From the NCBI RefSeq assembly GCF_055900595.2, contig NZ_CM148325.1: a stretch of DNA of 64,000 nucleotides. One strand, written 5' to 3'. The position numbers were made by a program, and so were the translations under genes. Shown in pieces: positions 45,459 to 55,343 of this stretch. Position 1 is the stretch's first letter. Each line of letters starts with the position of its first letter. The notes below the pieces were generated by a model. The model searched no databases. It was not told where the DNA came from and saw nothing but the letters and a program-made list of their open reading frames with translations.

Positions 45459-45497
45459 CAGTGCACTGGTAGCTGTAAAGCCTGGGGCGGTAGCGTG
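45459..45497 (+). promoter_or_regulatory. JUMPStart element with ops site (GGCGGTAGCGTG at 45486..45497) for the O-antigen operon
   Basis: Near-identical to the wza-leader JUMPStart at 20711..20750. Confidence 0.8.
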
Positions 45498-45505
45498 TCT
45501 AGGGG

Positions 45506-46796
45506 CAGGGAAAGATTATCAGAAGTACACTTTTTGTACTAAATAATTCGCATTTTATGTTCAAAAATTGAGATATCCCTCATTACCTAAAACTGTTTTT
45601 CACAGCTTATATATGATCAAATACTCCTTGCTTAAATAAGGAGAACAAAATGGAACTTAAAAAATTGATGGAACATATTTCTGTTATTCCCGATTACAGA
45701 CAAGCCTGGAAAGTGGAATATAATTTGTCGGATATTCTACTGTTGACTATTTGTGCCGTCATTTCTGGTGCAGAAGGCTGGGAAGATATAGAGGATTTTG
45801 GGGAAACACATCTCGATTTTTTGAAGCAATATGGTGATTTTGAAAATGGTATTCCTGTTCACGATACCATTGCCAGAGTTGTATCCTGTATCAGTCCTGC
45901 AAAATTTCACGAGTGCTTTATTAACTGGATGCGTGACTGCCATTCTTCAGATGATAAAGACGTCATTGCAATTGATGGAAAAACGCTCCGGCACTCTTAT
46001 GACAAGAGTCGCCGCAGGGGAGCGATTCATGTCATTAGTGCGTTCTCAACAATGCACAGTCTGGTCATCGGACAGATCAGGACGGATGAGAAATCCAATG
46101 AGATTACAGCTATCCCTGAACTTATTAACATGCTGGATATTAAAGGAAAAATCATCACAACTGATGCGATGGGTTGCCAGAAAGATATTGCAGAGAAGAT
46201 ACAAAAACAGGGAGGTGATTATTTATTCGCTGTAAAAGGAAACCAGGGGCGGCTAAATAAAGCCTTTGAGGAAAAATTTCCGCTGAAAGAATTAAATAAT
46301 CCAGAGCATGACAGTTACGCAATGAGTGAAAAGAGTCACGGCAGAGAAGAAATCCGTCTTCATATTGTTTGCGATGTCCCTGATGAACTTATTGATTTCA
46401 CGTTTGAATGGAAAGGACTGAAAAAATTATGTGTGGCAGCCTCCTTTCGGTCAATAATAGCAGAACAAAAGAAAGAGCCAGAAATGACGGTCAGATATTA
46501 TATCAGTTCTGCTGATTTAACCGCAGAGAAGTTCGCCACAGCAATCCGAAACCACTGGCACGTGGAGAATAAGCTGCACTGGCGTCTGGACGTGGTAATG
46601 AATGAAGACGACTGCAAAATAAGAAGAGGAAATGCAGCAGAATTATTTTCAGGGATACGGCACATCGCTATTAATATTTTGACGAATGATAAGGTATTCA
46701 AGGCAGGGTTAAGACGTAAGATGCGAAAAGCAGCCATGGACAGAAACTATCTGGCGTCAGTCCTTGCGGGGAGCGGGCTTTCGTAATCTTGCCCTG
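45506..46796 (+). mobile_element. ISAs1-family insertion sequence (H-repeat-like), about 1.29 kb
   Basis: Imperfect terminal inverted repeats: cagggaaagatta at 45506..45518, and cagggcaagatta as the reverse complement of 46784..46796. Encloses a single intact transposase ORF. Boundaries approximate. Confidence 0.75.
45650..46786 (+). CDS. ISAs1-family transposase (H-repeat-associated protein, 378 aa)
   Basis: ATG at 45650 with RBS aaggag. The sequence [50 protein letters not shown]... is characteristic of H-repeat/YhhI-family DDE transposases. Confidence 0.85.
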   Translation: MELKKLMEHISVIPDYRQAWKVEYNLSDILLLTICAVISGAEGWEDIEDFGETHLDFLKQYGDFENGIPVHDTIARVVSCISPAKFHECFINWMRDCHSSDDKDVIAIDGKTLRHSYDKSRRRGAIHVISAFSTMHSLVIGQIRTDEKSNEITAIPELINMLDIKGKIITTDAMGCQKDIAEKIQKQGGDYLFAVKGNQGRLNKAFEEKFPLKELNNPEHDSYAMSEKSHGREEIRLHIVCDVPDELIDFTFEWKGLKKLCVAASFRSIIAEQKKEPEMTVRYYISSADLTAEKFATAIRNHWHVENKLHWRLDVVMNEDDCKIRRGNAAELFSGIRHIAINILTNDKVFKAGLRRKMRKAAMDRNYLASVLAGSGLS

Positions 46797-46864
46797 AATA
46801 AACAACTTATTGATTCATGTGAATAAGTTACTCGAATGATATCTGTTGTATATGGGGCACTTCA

Positions 46865-48109
46865 TTGAGCAAAACTAAACTAAATGTTCTTTACCTTGCA
46901 ATAAGTCAGGGTGCCAATTACCTACTGCCATTATTAATTTTTCCTTATCTTGTTAGAGTCATTGGTGTATCGAATTTTGGTGATCTGAGTTTTTCATTGA
47001 TAACTATACAAGTGTTGTTAATGGTTGTTGAATATGGTTTTGGATATAGTGGGACAAGAGAAATAGCACTAAATAACGATAAAAAATACCATTCTGAATT
47101 TTTTTGCGGTGTGGTGCTTGCTCGTTTTATATTAATGCTAATTGCAGCTATTATACTCATAATACTCTGTTTTTTTTATGTTTTTAACGACGTTAAGTAT
47201 TTGTTATGTGTTGGTTTTCTGTCCGTAATTGCAGGTGTTTTCAATCCAAATTGGTTTTTGCAAGGTAAGGAAATGATGAGTGTGATGGCTGTGCTGTCAC
47301 TATTTTCACGAGGCATAGCAGTCGTTGCAGTTTATCTAATTATAAAACCCGCAACGCCGATGTACATCAGTGCCTTATTATTGAGCATGCCATATATTTT
47401 GTATTCATTCTGTGGCGTTGCCTACTTACTTATTATCAAGGAGATTTTTTTATGTAGGCCACCGATAAAGAAAATTCAAGTAATTTTAAAAAATGGATTT
47501 CATTTTTTTTGTTCAACACTTGCGACTAGTGCATACACAATGTTGACCCCTCTTGTATTGGGTGGCGTATCTGGAAAGTTTGATGTAGGCATCTTTAACT
47601 CAGCTAACATGATCAAACAAGGTTTGGCTGGACTTGCATCACCATTAGTCCAAGCTTTTTATCCAAGAATTAACATTTTGCAAAGAGAGAATCCATATAT
47701 TGCAAACTTAAAATCTAGAATGATTCTTAAATACTTGCTTGTTTTTTACATGGCTTTAGCAATGCCATTTTTACTTTTTGCCAACCAATTATCATTATTA
47801 ATATTCGGCATGAAAGGTGAAGTAATTGCAGGTGCAATGCAATTAATGACATTGCTTCCTATATTCATAGGTTTTAATACAGTTGTCGGGTTACTTGTAT
47901 TAGTACCTAATGGGATGCAAAAACAGTATTTCAAATCTATTTTCCTAGGAACTATTACTTGTTTAAGCATAGTTTATCCAGCATGTAAATATTATGGAGC
48001 AACGGGTGCGATTGTGAGTCTTATTGTAGCTGAAATTTTCGTTGGCATGGGAATGCTTAAACAATTCATTAAAGTAAATAAAACTGTATGTAGGCCTCAT
48101 AAATTATGA
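46865..48109 (+). CDS. wzx: O-antigen flippase Wzx (about 414 aa); start codon uncertain (TTG at 46865)
   Basis: Polytopic membrane protein, low GC; first gene after the JUMPStart/IS. No in-frame ATG upstream. Confidence 0.8.
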   Translation: MSKTKLNVLYLAISQGANYLLPLLIFPYLVRVIGVSNFGDLSFSLITIQVLLMVVEYGFGYSGTREIALNNDKKYHSEFFCGVVLARFILMLIAAIILIILCFFYVFNDVKYLLCVGFLSVIAGVFNPNWFLQGKEMMSVMAVLSLFSRGIAVVAVYLIIKPATPMYISALLLSMPYILYSFCGVAYLLIIKEIFLCRPPIKKIQVILKNGFHFFCSTLATSAYTMLTPLVLGGVSGKFDVGIFNSANMIKQGLAGLASPLVQAFYPRINILQRENPYIANLKSRMILKYLLVFYMALAMPFLLFANQLSLLIFGMKGEVIAGAMQLMTLLPIFIGFNTVVGLLVLVPNGMQKQYFKSIFLGTITCLSIVYPACKYYGATGAIVSLIVAEIFVGMGMLKQFIKVNKTVCRPHKL

Positions 48110-49092
48110 ATATCTCGGTAATAATATCTGTTTGGAAACGCCCAGTTCAATTAGAATTGATTCTCTCTGAGCTCGATTCTCAGGCTAAAGACAATAGTCT
48201 ACACCTAGAAGTAATTGTTTCCGATAGTCATAGTGGTAAAGAAATTGATGATGTAGTTGCTGATAATATTCATAAAAAGAAAAATATTAATATTATCCAT
48301 CAACATACTAAAAATATACTCTCCGCTAAGCGCAATTTCGGAGCATCCCTAGCCCATGGGGATTATTTAATATTTCTTGATGATGATTGTATACCCGCAA
48401 GTGGATATATATCATCGTTGCTGAACTATTTAAAAAAAATGAATAGTAAAAGCGTATTATGTGGGGAAGTTAGATTCGAAAATGAACTCATTGAGACCAG
48501 CAATTACTATCGCTACAGGAACTCTTTACACCCTAAGTTTAGTGATAGTCATGATATCTCTATGAATGCCTGGACTTTTGTCGCAATGAATTGTGTTCTT
48601 GATAGAAAGGCATTTTCATCAGGTATAGTTTCATATAATGAAAATTTTATTGGTTATGGTTGTGAAGATCATGAGTTTGGGTGGCAACTTGAAAAAAATG
48701 ACTTCAAAATTATTTTTGCTGATTTTAAAATATTACATCACGAATACAGTGGCGATATAGAAGGATATACAAAAAAAATTCGTGCTACAGCACGTGATGG
48801 TATGAATGTATTAAGCAAAGTAAGACCTGAAATGTTTTCTACTAATAAAAAATTATTCCTGGTTGAGAAAATATTTAGTAAACACAAAACGTTTAGTAAA
48901 ATATGCCAATCAATATTTTTCAATAAATTTATTTTTAAAAAAATAATACAATTTTTAAAAAAAACAGATGCAAATAAAAAACTCTATTTCCCAATTCTTT
49001 ACAGATATGTGTTGATTTCGGCATATATACATGGTATTGGAGAGCGTGGCACCTCAAAAACAGATGAATTGCTTAAGAACTGGTATATATAG
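48106..49092 (+). CDS. Family-2 glycosyltransferase of the O-antigen cluster (328 aa)
   Basis: ATG at 48106 overlapping the wzx stop; GT2-like N-terminus with DDD motif (IFLDDDCIP). Confidence 0.8.
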   Translation: MNISVIISVWKRPVQLELILSELDSQAKDNSLHLEVIVSDSHSGKEIDDVVADNIHKKKNINIIHQHTKNILSAKRNFGASLAHGDYLIFLDDDCIPASGYISSLLNYLKKMNSKSVLCGEVRFENELIETSNYYRYRNSLHPKFSDSHDISMNAWTFVAMNCVLDRKAFSSGIVSYNENFIGYGCEDHEFGWQLEKNDFKIIFADFKILHHEYSGDIEGYTKKIRATARDGMNVLSKVRPEMFSTNKKLFLVEKIFSKHKTFSKICQSIFFNKFIFKKIIQFLKKTDANKKLYFPILYRYVLISAYIHGIGERGTSKTDELLKNWYI

Positions 49093-49141
49093 ATGATGCT
49101 ATCTTCATTTATTAAGACATTTGTATGGAAGGTAAAAGACA

Positions 49142-50320
49142 ATGAAGTATAATGCATTGATGGCTTTTTTATTATTTTTTGTTGTTTTTTTTAGATTGTC
49201 GCTGATAATACCTTTCTTATATTTGGCATTTATTCCTGCATTTTTTGGTATTATGTATTTAGTGCGTAATTTTATGATTACTATGGGCAATGGATTGGTA
49301 TCTATAGATCGTAAAAATTTGTTGCTGTTATCTATATTCATAATTATTTTTTTATTTTGTATGGTTTTCGATTCGTTTCAAAAAAGCCAATCTTTTCAAA
49401 GCTATTTCACCGTTAGATTATTTATGTTGTTTTTATTTTCATTTGTTCCTGCGTATTATTTAGTAAATAGATTCATAAAGGGTGACTTGAAATTAATGGA
49501 GCGAATATTAGTGTATTCTCTCTGGGTTCAAATAGTTATTTTTTTTGGTATGTATATAAGTCCAGAGTTAAAAAGATTGTTATATACTTTCTTTGGTATG
49601 TCTGACTCAGTTAATCTTTGGGAACAAAATGCTAAAGTAAGAGGATTTGGGTTGTCGGGTGAAATAAATTTCATGACACCATTTTTGATGATCTATATGT
49701 CATTTTTTATGATGAAAAGGCGTTATGCTTTAATTACTTTAATTTGTCTTACTCAAATCGTAAATTCTAACATGGCTGTGATTGCAGCCATTATTGGTAT
49801 CGGTTGCTCTAGACTTAATATTAATATAAAAATTGCAACAGTATTGGTTTTGGGAGTTTTAGTTTATAGCTTAGGAGCGGTGTTCTTCCCTCGATTTTAT
49901 GATGAGTTCGTTTCTGGAGATGGCACAAGAACTCTGGATATCTTATTACAGCAACATGTGTTTGTTGTAGGTAATTTAGATTTTTTTAATATTATATTTG
50001 GATTACAGCAAAACATATCTTCATCAATCCCCGATATTAAACAAAGTTCGGATATGGGCTGGGTTATACTGTTTAATTACGGTGGGTTAACATTTATTAC
50101 ACTCTTTTTATTTTTAATCTTTACTATTTCTATTGCGACATTTGGAATGACATATCAAGCAATTATATGGATGTTAATTGGGATAATTTTCAATACCAAA
50201 GGTTTAGTTTTAGGATCTAACGGCTATTTCTTTCTATCTTTTATATATATGTTTTTGAATAGAGTAACACTTAGTGGACAGAGTTCAATTACTAATAAGT
50301 TAGGCCAAGTAAGTAAATAG
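49142..50320 (+). CDS. wzy: O-antigen polymerase Wzy (392 aa)
   Basis: Highly hydrophobic multi-TM protein, very AT-rich; position between the GT and sugar-synthesis genes. Confidence 0.75.
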   Translation: MKYNALMAFLLFFVVFFRLSLIIPFLYLAFIPAFFGIMYLVRNFMITMGNGLVSIDRKNLLLLSIFIIIFLFCMVFDSFQKSQSFQSYFTVRLFMLFLFSFVPAYYLVNRFIKGDLKLMERILVYSLWVQIVIFFGMYISPELKRLLYTFFGMSDSVNLWEQNAKVRGFGLSGEINFMTPFLMIYMSFFMMKRRYALITLICLTQIVNSNMAVIAAIIGIGCSRLNINIKIATVLVLGVLVYSLGAVFFPRFYDEFVSGDGTRTLDILLQQHVFVVGNLDFFNIIFGLQQNISSSIPDIKQSSDMGWVILFNYGGLTFITLFLFLIFTISIATFGMTYQAIIWMLIGIIFNTKGLVLGSNGYFFLSFIYMFLNRVTLSGQSSITNKLGQVSK

Positions 50321-50361
50321 CTTCCAGAGTATATTTGTCAATAATTTGAGGTTCGGTTATT

Positions 50362-51396
50362 ATGTTTTCATCTAAAACACTGTTAATTACTGGTGGTACT
50401 GGCTCTTTCGGGAATGCTGTATTAAATAGATTTCTTGATACAGATATTGCAGAAATCCGTATATTTAGTCGTGATGAAAAAAAACAAGATGATATGCGGA
50501 AAAAATACAATAATCAAAAATTAAAGTTCTATATTGGTGATGTCAGAGATTACCGTAGTATTTTGAATGCGACTCGCGGTGTTGATTTTATATATCATGC
50601 AGCGGCACTTAAGCAAGTTCCATCATGTGAATTTCATCCTATGGAAGCCGTTAAAACTAATATCCTTGGTACGGAAAATGTTCTTGAAGCAGCTATAGCG
50701 AATGAAGTGAAGAGGGTTGTATGCCTAAGTACTGATAAAGCTGTATACCCGATTAACGCAATGGGTATTTCAAAAGCTATGATGGAAAAGGTCATGGTCG
50801 CGAAATCCCGTAATGTTGATCGCAATAAAACAGTAATATGTGGTACCCGTTATGGGAATGTTATGGCATCTCGCGGTTCAGTTATTCCATTATTTGTTGA
50901 TCTTATTAGAGCGGGCAAGCCACTCACAATAACTGATCCTAATATGACCCGCTTTATGATGACTCTTGAGGATGCGGTAGATTTAGTTCTTTATGCGTTT
51001 GAACATGGTAATAATGGTGATATCTTTGTGCAAAAAGCACCTGCAGCAACTATTGACACATTAGCTATTGCTTTAAAGGAATTACTAAATGTTCCAGACC
51101 ATCCGGTAAATGTCATTGGAACGCGTCATGGCGAGAAATTATATGAAGCTCTACTTAGTCGTGAGGAAATGATCGCTGCTATAGATATGGGTGATTATTA
51201 CCGTGTCCCGCCAGATCTTCGTGACCTTAATTATGGCAAATATGTTGAGCAAGGTGATAGCCGAATATCTGAAATAGAAGATTATAACTCTCATAATACT
51301 CAACGGTTAGATGTTGAAGGCATGAAAGAGCTCTTGCTAAAATTAGCCTTTATTCGAGCAATTCGTGCTGGTGAAAAATATAATCTGGATTCATGA
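50362..51396 (+). CDS. fnlA: UDP-GlcNAc 4,6-dehydratase/5-epimerase FnlA (344 aa)
   Basis: N-terminus MFSSKTLLITGGTGSFG; CapE/WbjB-type SDR. Confidence 0.88.
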   Translation: MFSSKTLLITGGTGSFGNAVLNRFLDTDIAEIRIFSRDEKKQDDMRKKYNNQKLKFYIGDVRDYRSILNATRGVDFIYHAAALKQVPSCEFHPMEAVKTNILGTENVLEAAIANEVKRVVCLSTDKAVYPINAMGISKAMMEKVMVAKSRNVDRNKTVICGTRYGNVMASRGSVIPLFVDLIRAGKPLTITDPNMTRFMMTLEDAVDLVLYAFEHGNNGDIFVQKAPAATIDTLAIALKELLNVPDHPVNVIGTRHGEKLYEALLSREEMIAAIDMGDYYRVPPDLRDLNYGKYVEQGDSRISEIEDYNSHNTQRLDVEGMKELLLKLAFIRAIRAGEKYNLDS

Positions 51397-51397
51397 T

Positions 51398-52501
51398 ATG
51401 AAAATATTAGTTACTGGTGCAAATGGTTTTATTGGTCGTAATTTATGTTTGAGGCTTGAGGAACTTGGTTATAAAGATCTTATTAGAATCGATCGAGAAT
51501 CAACGAAGCAAGATCTTGAACAAGGCTTACAGGATGCCGATTTTATTTATCACTTAGCTGGTATCAATAGACCTAAGACTGATGATGAGTTTATTTCTGG
51601 AAACAGTGATTTAACAAAGCATATAGTTGAGTATCTCCTTTCTATTGGTAAGAATACACCAATTATGCTAAGTTCTTCGATACAAGCTGAACTTAATAAT
51701 GCTTATGGGGTTAGCAAAGCTGTAGCTGAAAGCTATGTCCAAAAATATGCTGCTGCTAGTGGTTCTTCGTATTATATTTTCAGATATCCAAACGTTTTTG
51801 GTAAATGGTGTAAGCCAAACTATAATTCTTTTATAGCAACTTTTTGCTACAATATTTCCAATGATATTGAGATTACTATCAATGATGCATCAGCGCCAGT
51901 CAAACTGGTCTATATTGATGATGTTTGTACTGATGCTATAGCTCTTCTCTCTGGGACGGTTGAAAGCGGATATAAAGTTGTTGCACCAATTTATTCAACA
52001 ACAGTTGGTGAAGTTGCAGAATTAATTTATAGCTTCAAAAATAGCCGTTCCACCCTGATCACAGAGGCTGTCGGGGCGGGATTTACCCGTGCATTGTATT
52101 CTACATGGCTGAGTTATTTACCAGCAGAGAAGTTTGCGTACAAGGTACCTTTTTATGGGGATGCCCGCGGAGTCTTTTGTGAGATGTTGAAAACGCCTTC
52201 AGCGGGGCAGTTTTCATTTTTTACTGCTCACCCTGGTATTACGCGTGGCGGACATTACCATCACAGTAAAAATGAGAAGTTTTTGGTCATTCGAGGTCAG
52301 GCATGCTTTAAATTTGAACATGTGATTACCGGTGAGCGATATGAACTGCAAGTTTCATCGGGTGAGTTTAAGATTGTTGAAACAGTTCCTGGTTGGACAC
52401 ATGACATTACAAATATTGGAACTGATGAATTAATAGTCATGCTCTGGGCAAATGAAATTTTCAACCGTGATGAGCCCGATACTATTGCGAGACCTCTATA
52501 A
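51398..52501 (+). CDS. fnlB: UDP-L-FucNAc pathway reductase/3-epimerase FnlB (367 aa)
   Basis: ATG at 51398 (MKILVTGANGFIGRNL...), 2 nt after the fnlA stop; C-terminal cupin-like extension. Confidence 0.85.
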   Translation: MKILVTGANGFIGRNLCLRLEELGYKDLIRIDRESTKQDLEQGLQDADFIYHLAGINRPKTDDEFISGNSDLTKHIVEYLLSIGKNTPIMLSSSIQAELNNAYGVSKAVAESYVQKYAAASGSSYYIFRYPNVFGKWCKPNYNSFIATFCYNISNDIEITINDASAPVKLVYIDDVCTDAIALLSGTVESGYKVVAPIYSTTVGEVAELIYSFKNSRSTLITEAVGAGFTRALYSTWLSYLPAEKFAYKVPFYGDARGVFCEMLKTPSAGQFSFFTAHPGITRGGHYHHSKNEKFLVIRGQACFKFEHVITGERYELQVSSGEFKIVETVPGWTHDITNIGTDELIVMLWANEIFNRDEPDTIARPL

Positions 52502-53631
52502 TGAAAAAATTAAAAGTTATGTCTGTTGTTGGAACCCGTCCTGAGATTATCCGTTTGTCGAGGGTTCTTGCTAAGTTTGATGAATACTGCGAGCATATTA
52601 TTGTCCATACTGGTCAAAATTATGATTACGAATTAAATGAAGTGTTCTTCAATGACTTGGGTGTTCGAAAACCTGATTATTTTTTAAATGCAGCGGGTAA
52701 AAATGCGGCGGAAACCATTGGCCAGGTTATTATTAAGGTAGATGAAGTATTAGAAATCGAAAAACCTGAAGCAATACTGGTATTGGGCGATACGAATTCA
52801 TGTATTTCTGCCATTCCGGCCAAACGCCGTAAAGTGCCTATATTTCATATGGAAGCAGGTAACCGGTGTTTCGATCAACGCGTGCCTGAAGAAACCAACA
52901 GACGTATTGTTGACCATACGGCTGATATCAATATGACCTACAGTGATATTGCTCGTGAATATCTCTTGGCTGAAGGTATCCCAGCTGATCGGATCATAAA
53001 AACTGGTAGCCCTATGTTTGAGGTTCTTTCATATTATATGCCCCAAATTGATGGTTCAGATGTGCTATCGCGTTTGAATCTACAGTCTGGTGAGTTTTTT
53101 GTAGTAAGTGCGCATCGTGAAGAGAATGTTGATTCGCCAAAACAGCTCGTAAAGCTTGCGAACATTCTAAATACTGTTGCTGAAAAATATAATCTTCCAG
53201 TTATTGTCTCCACACACCCAAGGACACGTAACCGAATCCGTGAGCAAGGAATTGAATTTCATTCAAATATAAATCTACTAAAACCATTGGGTTTCCATGA
53301 TTATAACCACTTGCAGAAGAACTCACGAGCTGTGCTTTCAGATAGCGGTACTATCACTGAAGAGTCATCCATCATGAATTTCCCAGCGGTAAACATCCGG
53401 GAAGCGCATGAGCGTCCGGAAGGCTTTGAGGAAGCATCCGTCATGATGGTGGGGTTAGAGTGTGAACGCGTATTACAAGCGCTGGATATTCTGGCAACAC
53501 AACCGAGAGGTGAAGTCCGTCTTTTACGTCAGGTTAGTGATTACAGCATGCCAAATGTGTCGGATAAAGTTGTCAGAATTGTTCACTCTTACACAGATTA
53601 TGTTAAGAGAGTCGTCTGGAAAGAATATTGA
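52501..53631 (+). CDS. fnlC: UDP-N-acetylglucosamine/UDP-L-PneNAc 2-epimerase FnlC (376 aa)
   Basis: ATG at 52501 overlapping the fnlB stop; non-hydrolysing 2-epimerase fold (MKKLKVMSVVGTRPEIIRL...). Confidence 0.88.
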   Translation: MKKLKVMSVVGTRPEIIRLSRVLAKFDEYCEHIIVHTGQNYDYELNEVFFNDLGVRKPDYFLNAAGKNAAETIGQVIIKVDEVLEIEKPEAILVLGDTNSCISAIPAKRRKVPIFHMEAGNRCFDQRVPEETNRRIVDHTADINMTYSDIAREYLLAEGIPADRIIKTGSPMFEVLSYYMPQIDGSDVLSRLNLQSGEFFVVSAHREENVDSPKQLVKLANILNTVAEKYNLPVIVSTHPRTRNRIREQGIEFHSNINLLKPLGFHDYNHLQKNSRAVLSDSGTITEESSIMNFPAVNIREAHERPEGFEEASVMMVGLECERVLQALDILATQPRGEVRLLRQVSDYSMPNVSDKVVRIVHSYTDYVKRVVWKEY

Positions 53632-54842
53632 TGAAACTTGCTTTAATCATAGATGATTACCTGCCCAACAGTACTCGTGTTGGTGCAAAAATGTTTCATG
53701 AACTTGCTCAAGAATTTATCCAGCGTGGGCACGATGTTACGGTAATTACTCCTGGTACGGGCATGCAAGAAGAGATTTCTTTTGATACCTTTCAGGGGGT
53801 AAAAACATGGCGTTTTAAAAGCGGGCCGCTCAAGGATGTAAGTAAAATTCAGCGAGCGATCAATGAAACGCTTTTGTCCTATCGGGCGTGGAAAGCCATC
53901 AAAAAATGGGTAAAAAAAGAGACCTTTGAGGGGGTGATTTATTATTCACCTTCCATATTCTGGGGGCATTTAGTTAAAAAAATTAAAGCTCGTTGCCAAT
54001 GTCCTGCTTATCTTATTTTAAGAGATATGTTTCCACAATGGGTAATTGATGCAGGAATGCTTAATGCTGGTTCCCCAATAGAACGCTACTTTCGTCTTTT
54101 TGAAAAAATATCTTATCGTCAGGCAAATTTTATTGGACTTATGTCTGATAAGAATCTTGATGTTTTTCGGAAAGATAATAAAGGCTATCCGTGCGAAGTT
54201 TTGCGTAATTGGGCCTCCCTAACACCAACGATCATACCCAAGGATTATATACCACTACGTAAGCGACTTGGCCTAGAGGATAAAACCATTTTCTTCTATG
54301 GTGGAAACATAGGTCATGCACAGGACATGACAAACTTGATGCGACTTGTGAGAAACATGGCAGCATATCCTCAAGCTCATTTCCTATTTATTGGCCAGGG
54401 GGATGAAGTTGAATTAATTAATTCATTAGCCTCTGAGTGGGCATTGACGAATTTCACCTATTTGCCCTCGGTTAATCAGGATGAATTTAAGTTCATTTTG
54501 TCGGAAATGGATATCGGCTTGTTTTCTCTTTCCGCTAGACACTCTTCCCATAATTTTCCTGGTAAGTTATTAGGCTATATGGTTCAGTCGCTACCTATTT
54601 TAGGTAGCGTAAATGCCGGAAATGATTTGCTCGACATTGTCAATCAAAATAATGCCGGATTAATCCATGTCAATGGTGAGGATGATAAATTATGTCAATC
54701 TGCGCTATTAATGTTGCATGATATTGATGTGCGCCGGCAACTTGGTTCGGGGGCGAATATATTGTTGAAAGAACAATTCTCCGTTGAGTCTGCGGCACAG
54801 ACGATAGAAATGAGGTTGGAGGCATGCAATGCGATTAATTGA
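53631..54842 (+). CDS. wbuB: L-FucNAc transferase WbuB (GT1/GT4, about 403 aa)
   Basis: ATG at 53631 overlapping the fnlC stop (TGATG); GT4-type glycosyltransferase following fnlABC. Confidence 0.82.
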   Translation: MKLALIIDDYLPNSTRVGAKMFHELAQEFIQRGHDVTVITPGTGMQEEISFDTFQGVKTWRFKSGPLKDVSKIQRAINETLLSYRAWKAIKKWVKKETFEGVIYYSPSIFWGHLVKKIKARCQCPAYLILRDMFPQWVIDAGMLNAGSPIERYFRLFEKISYRQANFIGLMSDKNLDVFRKDNKGYPCEVLRNWASLTPTIIPKDYIPLRKRLGLEDKTIFFYGGNIGHAQDMTNLMRLVRNMAAYPQAHFLFIGQGDEVELINSLASEWALTNFTYLPSVNQDEFKFILSEMDIGLFSLSARHSSHNFPGKLLGYMVQSLPILGSVNAGNDLLDIVNQNNAGLIHVNGEDDKLCQSALLMLHDIDVRRQLGSGANILLKEQFSVESAAQTIEMRLEACNAIN

Positions 54843-55227
54843 TAATGACCAACTCGACGAATTATATGATCAAGCCGGGCAATCGGAACGTTTACGTTCC
54901 CACCTTATGATGCACGGCTCGCATCAAGAAAAGGTACAGCGTTTACTTATTGCATTAGTAAAGGGCAGCTATGTTGAACCGCATTATCACGAACTTCCTC
55001 ATCAGTGGGAAATGTTCATTGTTATGGAGGGGCAACTTAAGGTTTGTTTATATGGTAGAAATGGTGAGGTTATAAAGCAATTTATAGCAGGAGATAATAC
55101 TGGAATAAGCATTGTGGAGTTTTCTCCGGGCGATATACACAGTGTCGAATGCCTATCTCCGCGTGCTCTTATGGTGGAAGTTAAGGAGGGGCCATTTGAC
55201 CCTTCTTTTGCAAAATCGTTCGTGTGA
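54829..55227 (+). CDS. wbuC: WbuC, small cupin-like protein of unknown function (132 aa)
   Basis: ATG at 54829 overlapping the wbuB 3' end; conserved partner of fnlABC/wbuB clusters. Confidence 0.75.
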   Translation: MRLIDNDQLDELYDQAGQSERLRSHLMMHGSHQEKVQRLLIALVKGSYVEPHYHELPHQWEMFIVMEGQLKVCLYGRNGEVIKQFIAGDNTGISIVEFSPGDIHSVECLSPRALMVEVKEGPFDPSFAKSFV

Positions 55228-55343
55228 TGCTTGTCTAAAGTACATCTTCTGCTATCTACCCAAGCTAAACCTGAGTTAACATCCATACCATATTTCAAGC
55301 TGCGCATATCTTGCGCGGTGACCACCCCTGACAGGAGTAAACA

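Noticed and set aside
45737-46235. Internal or overlapping ORFs within the IS transposase (45737..45943 -, 45831..46235 +)
   Set aside because: Alternative-frame ORFs inside a continuous 378-aa transposase reading frame; no evidence for a frameshifted two-ORF transposase.
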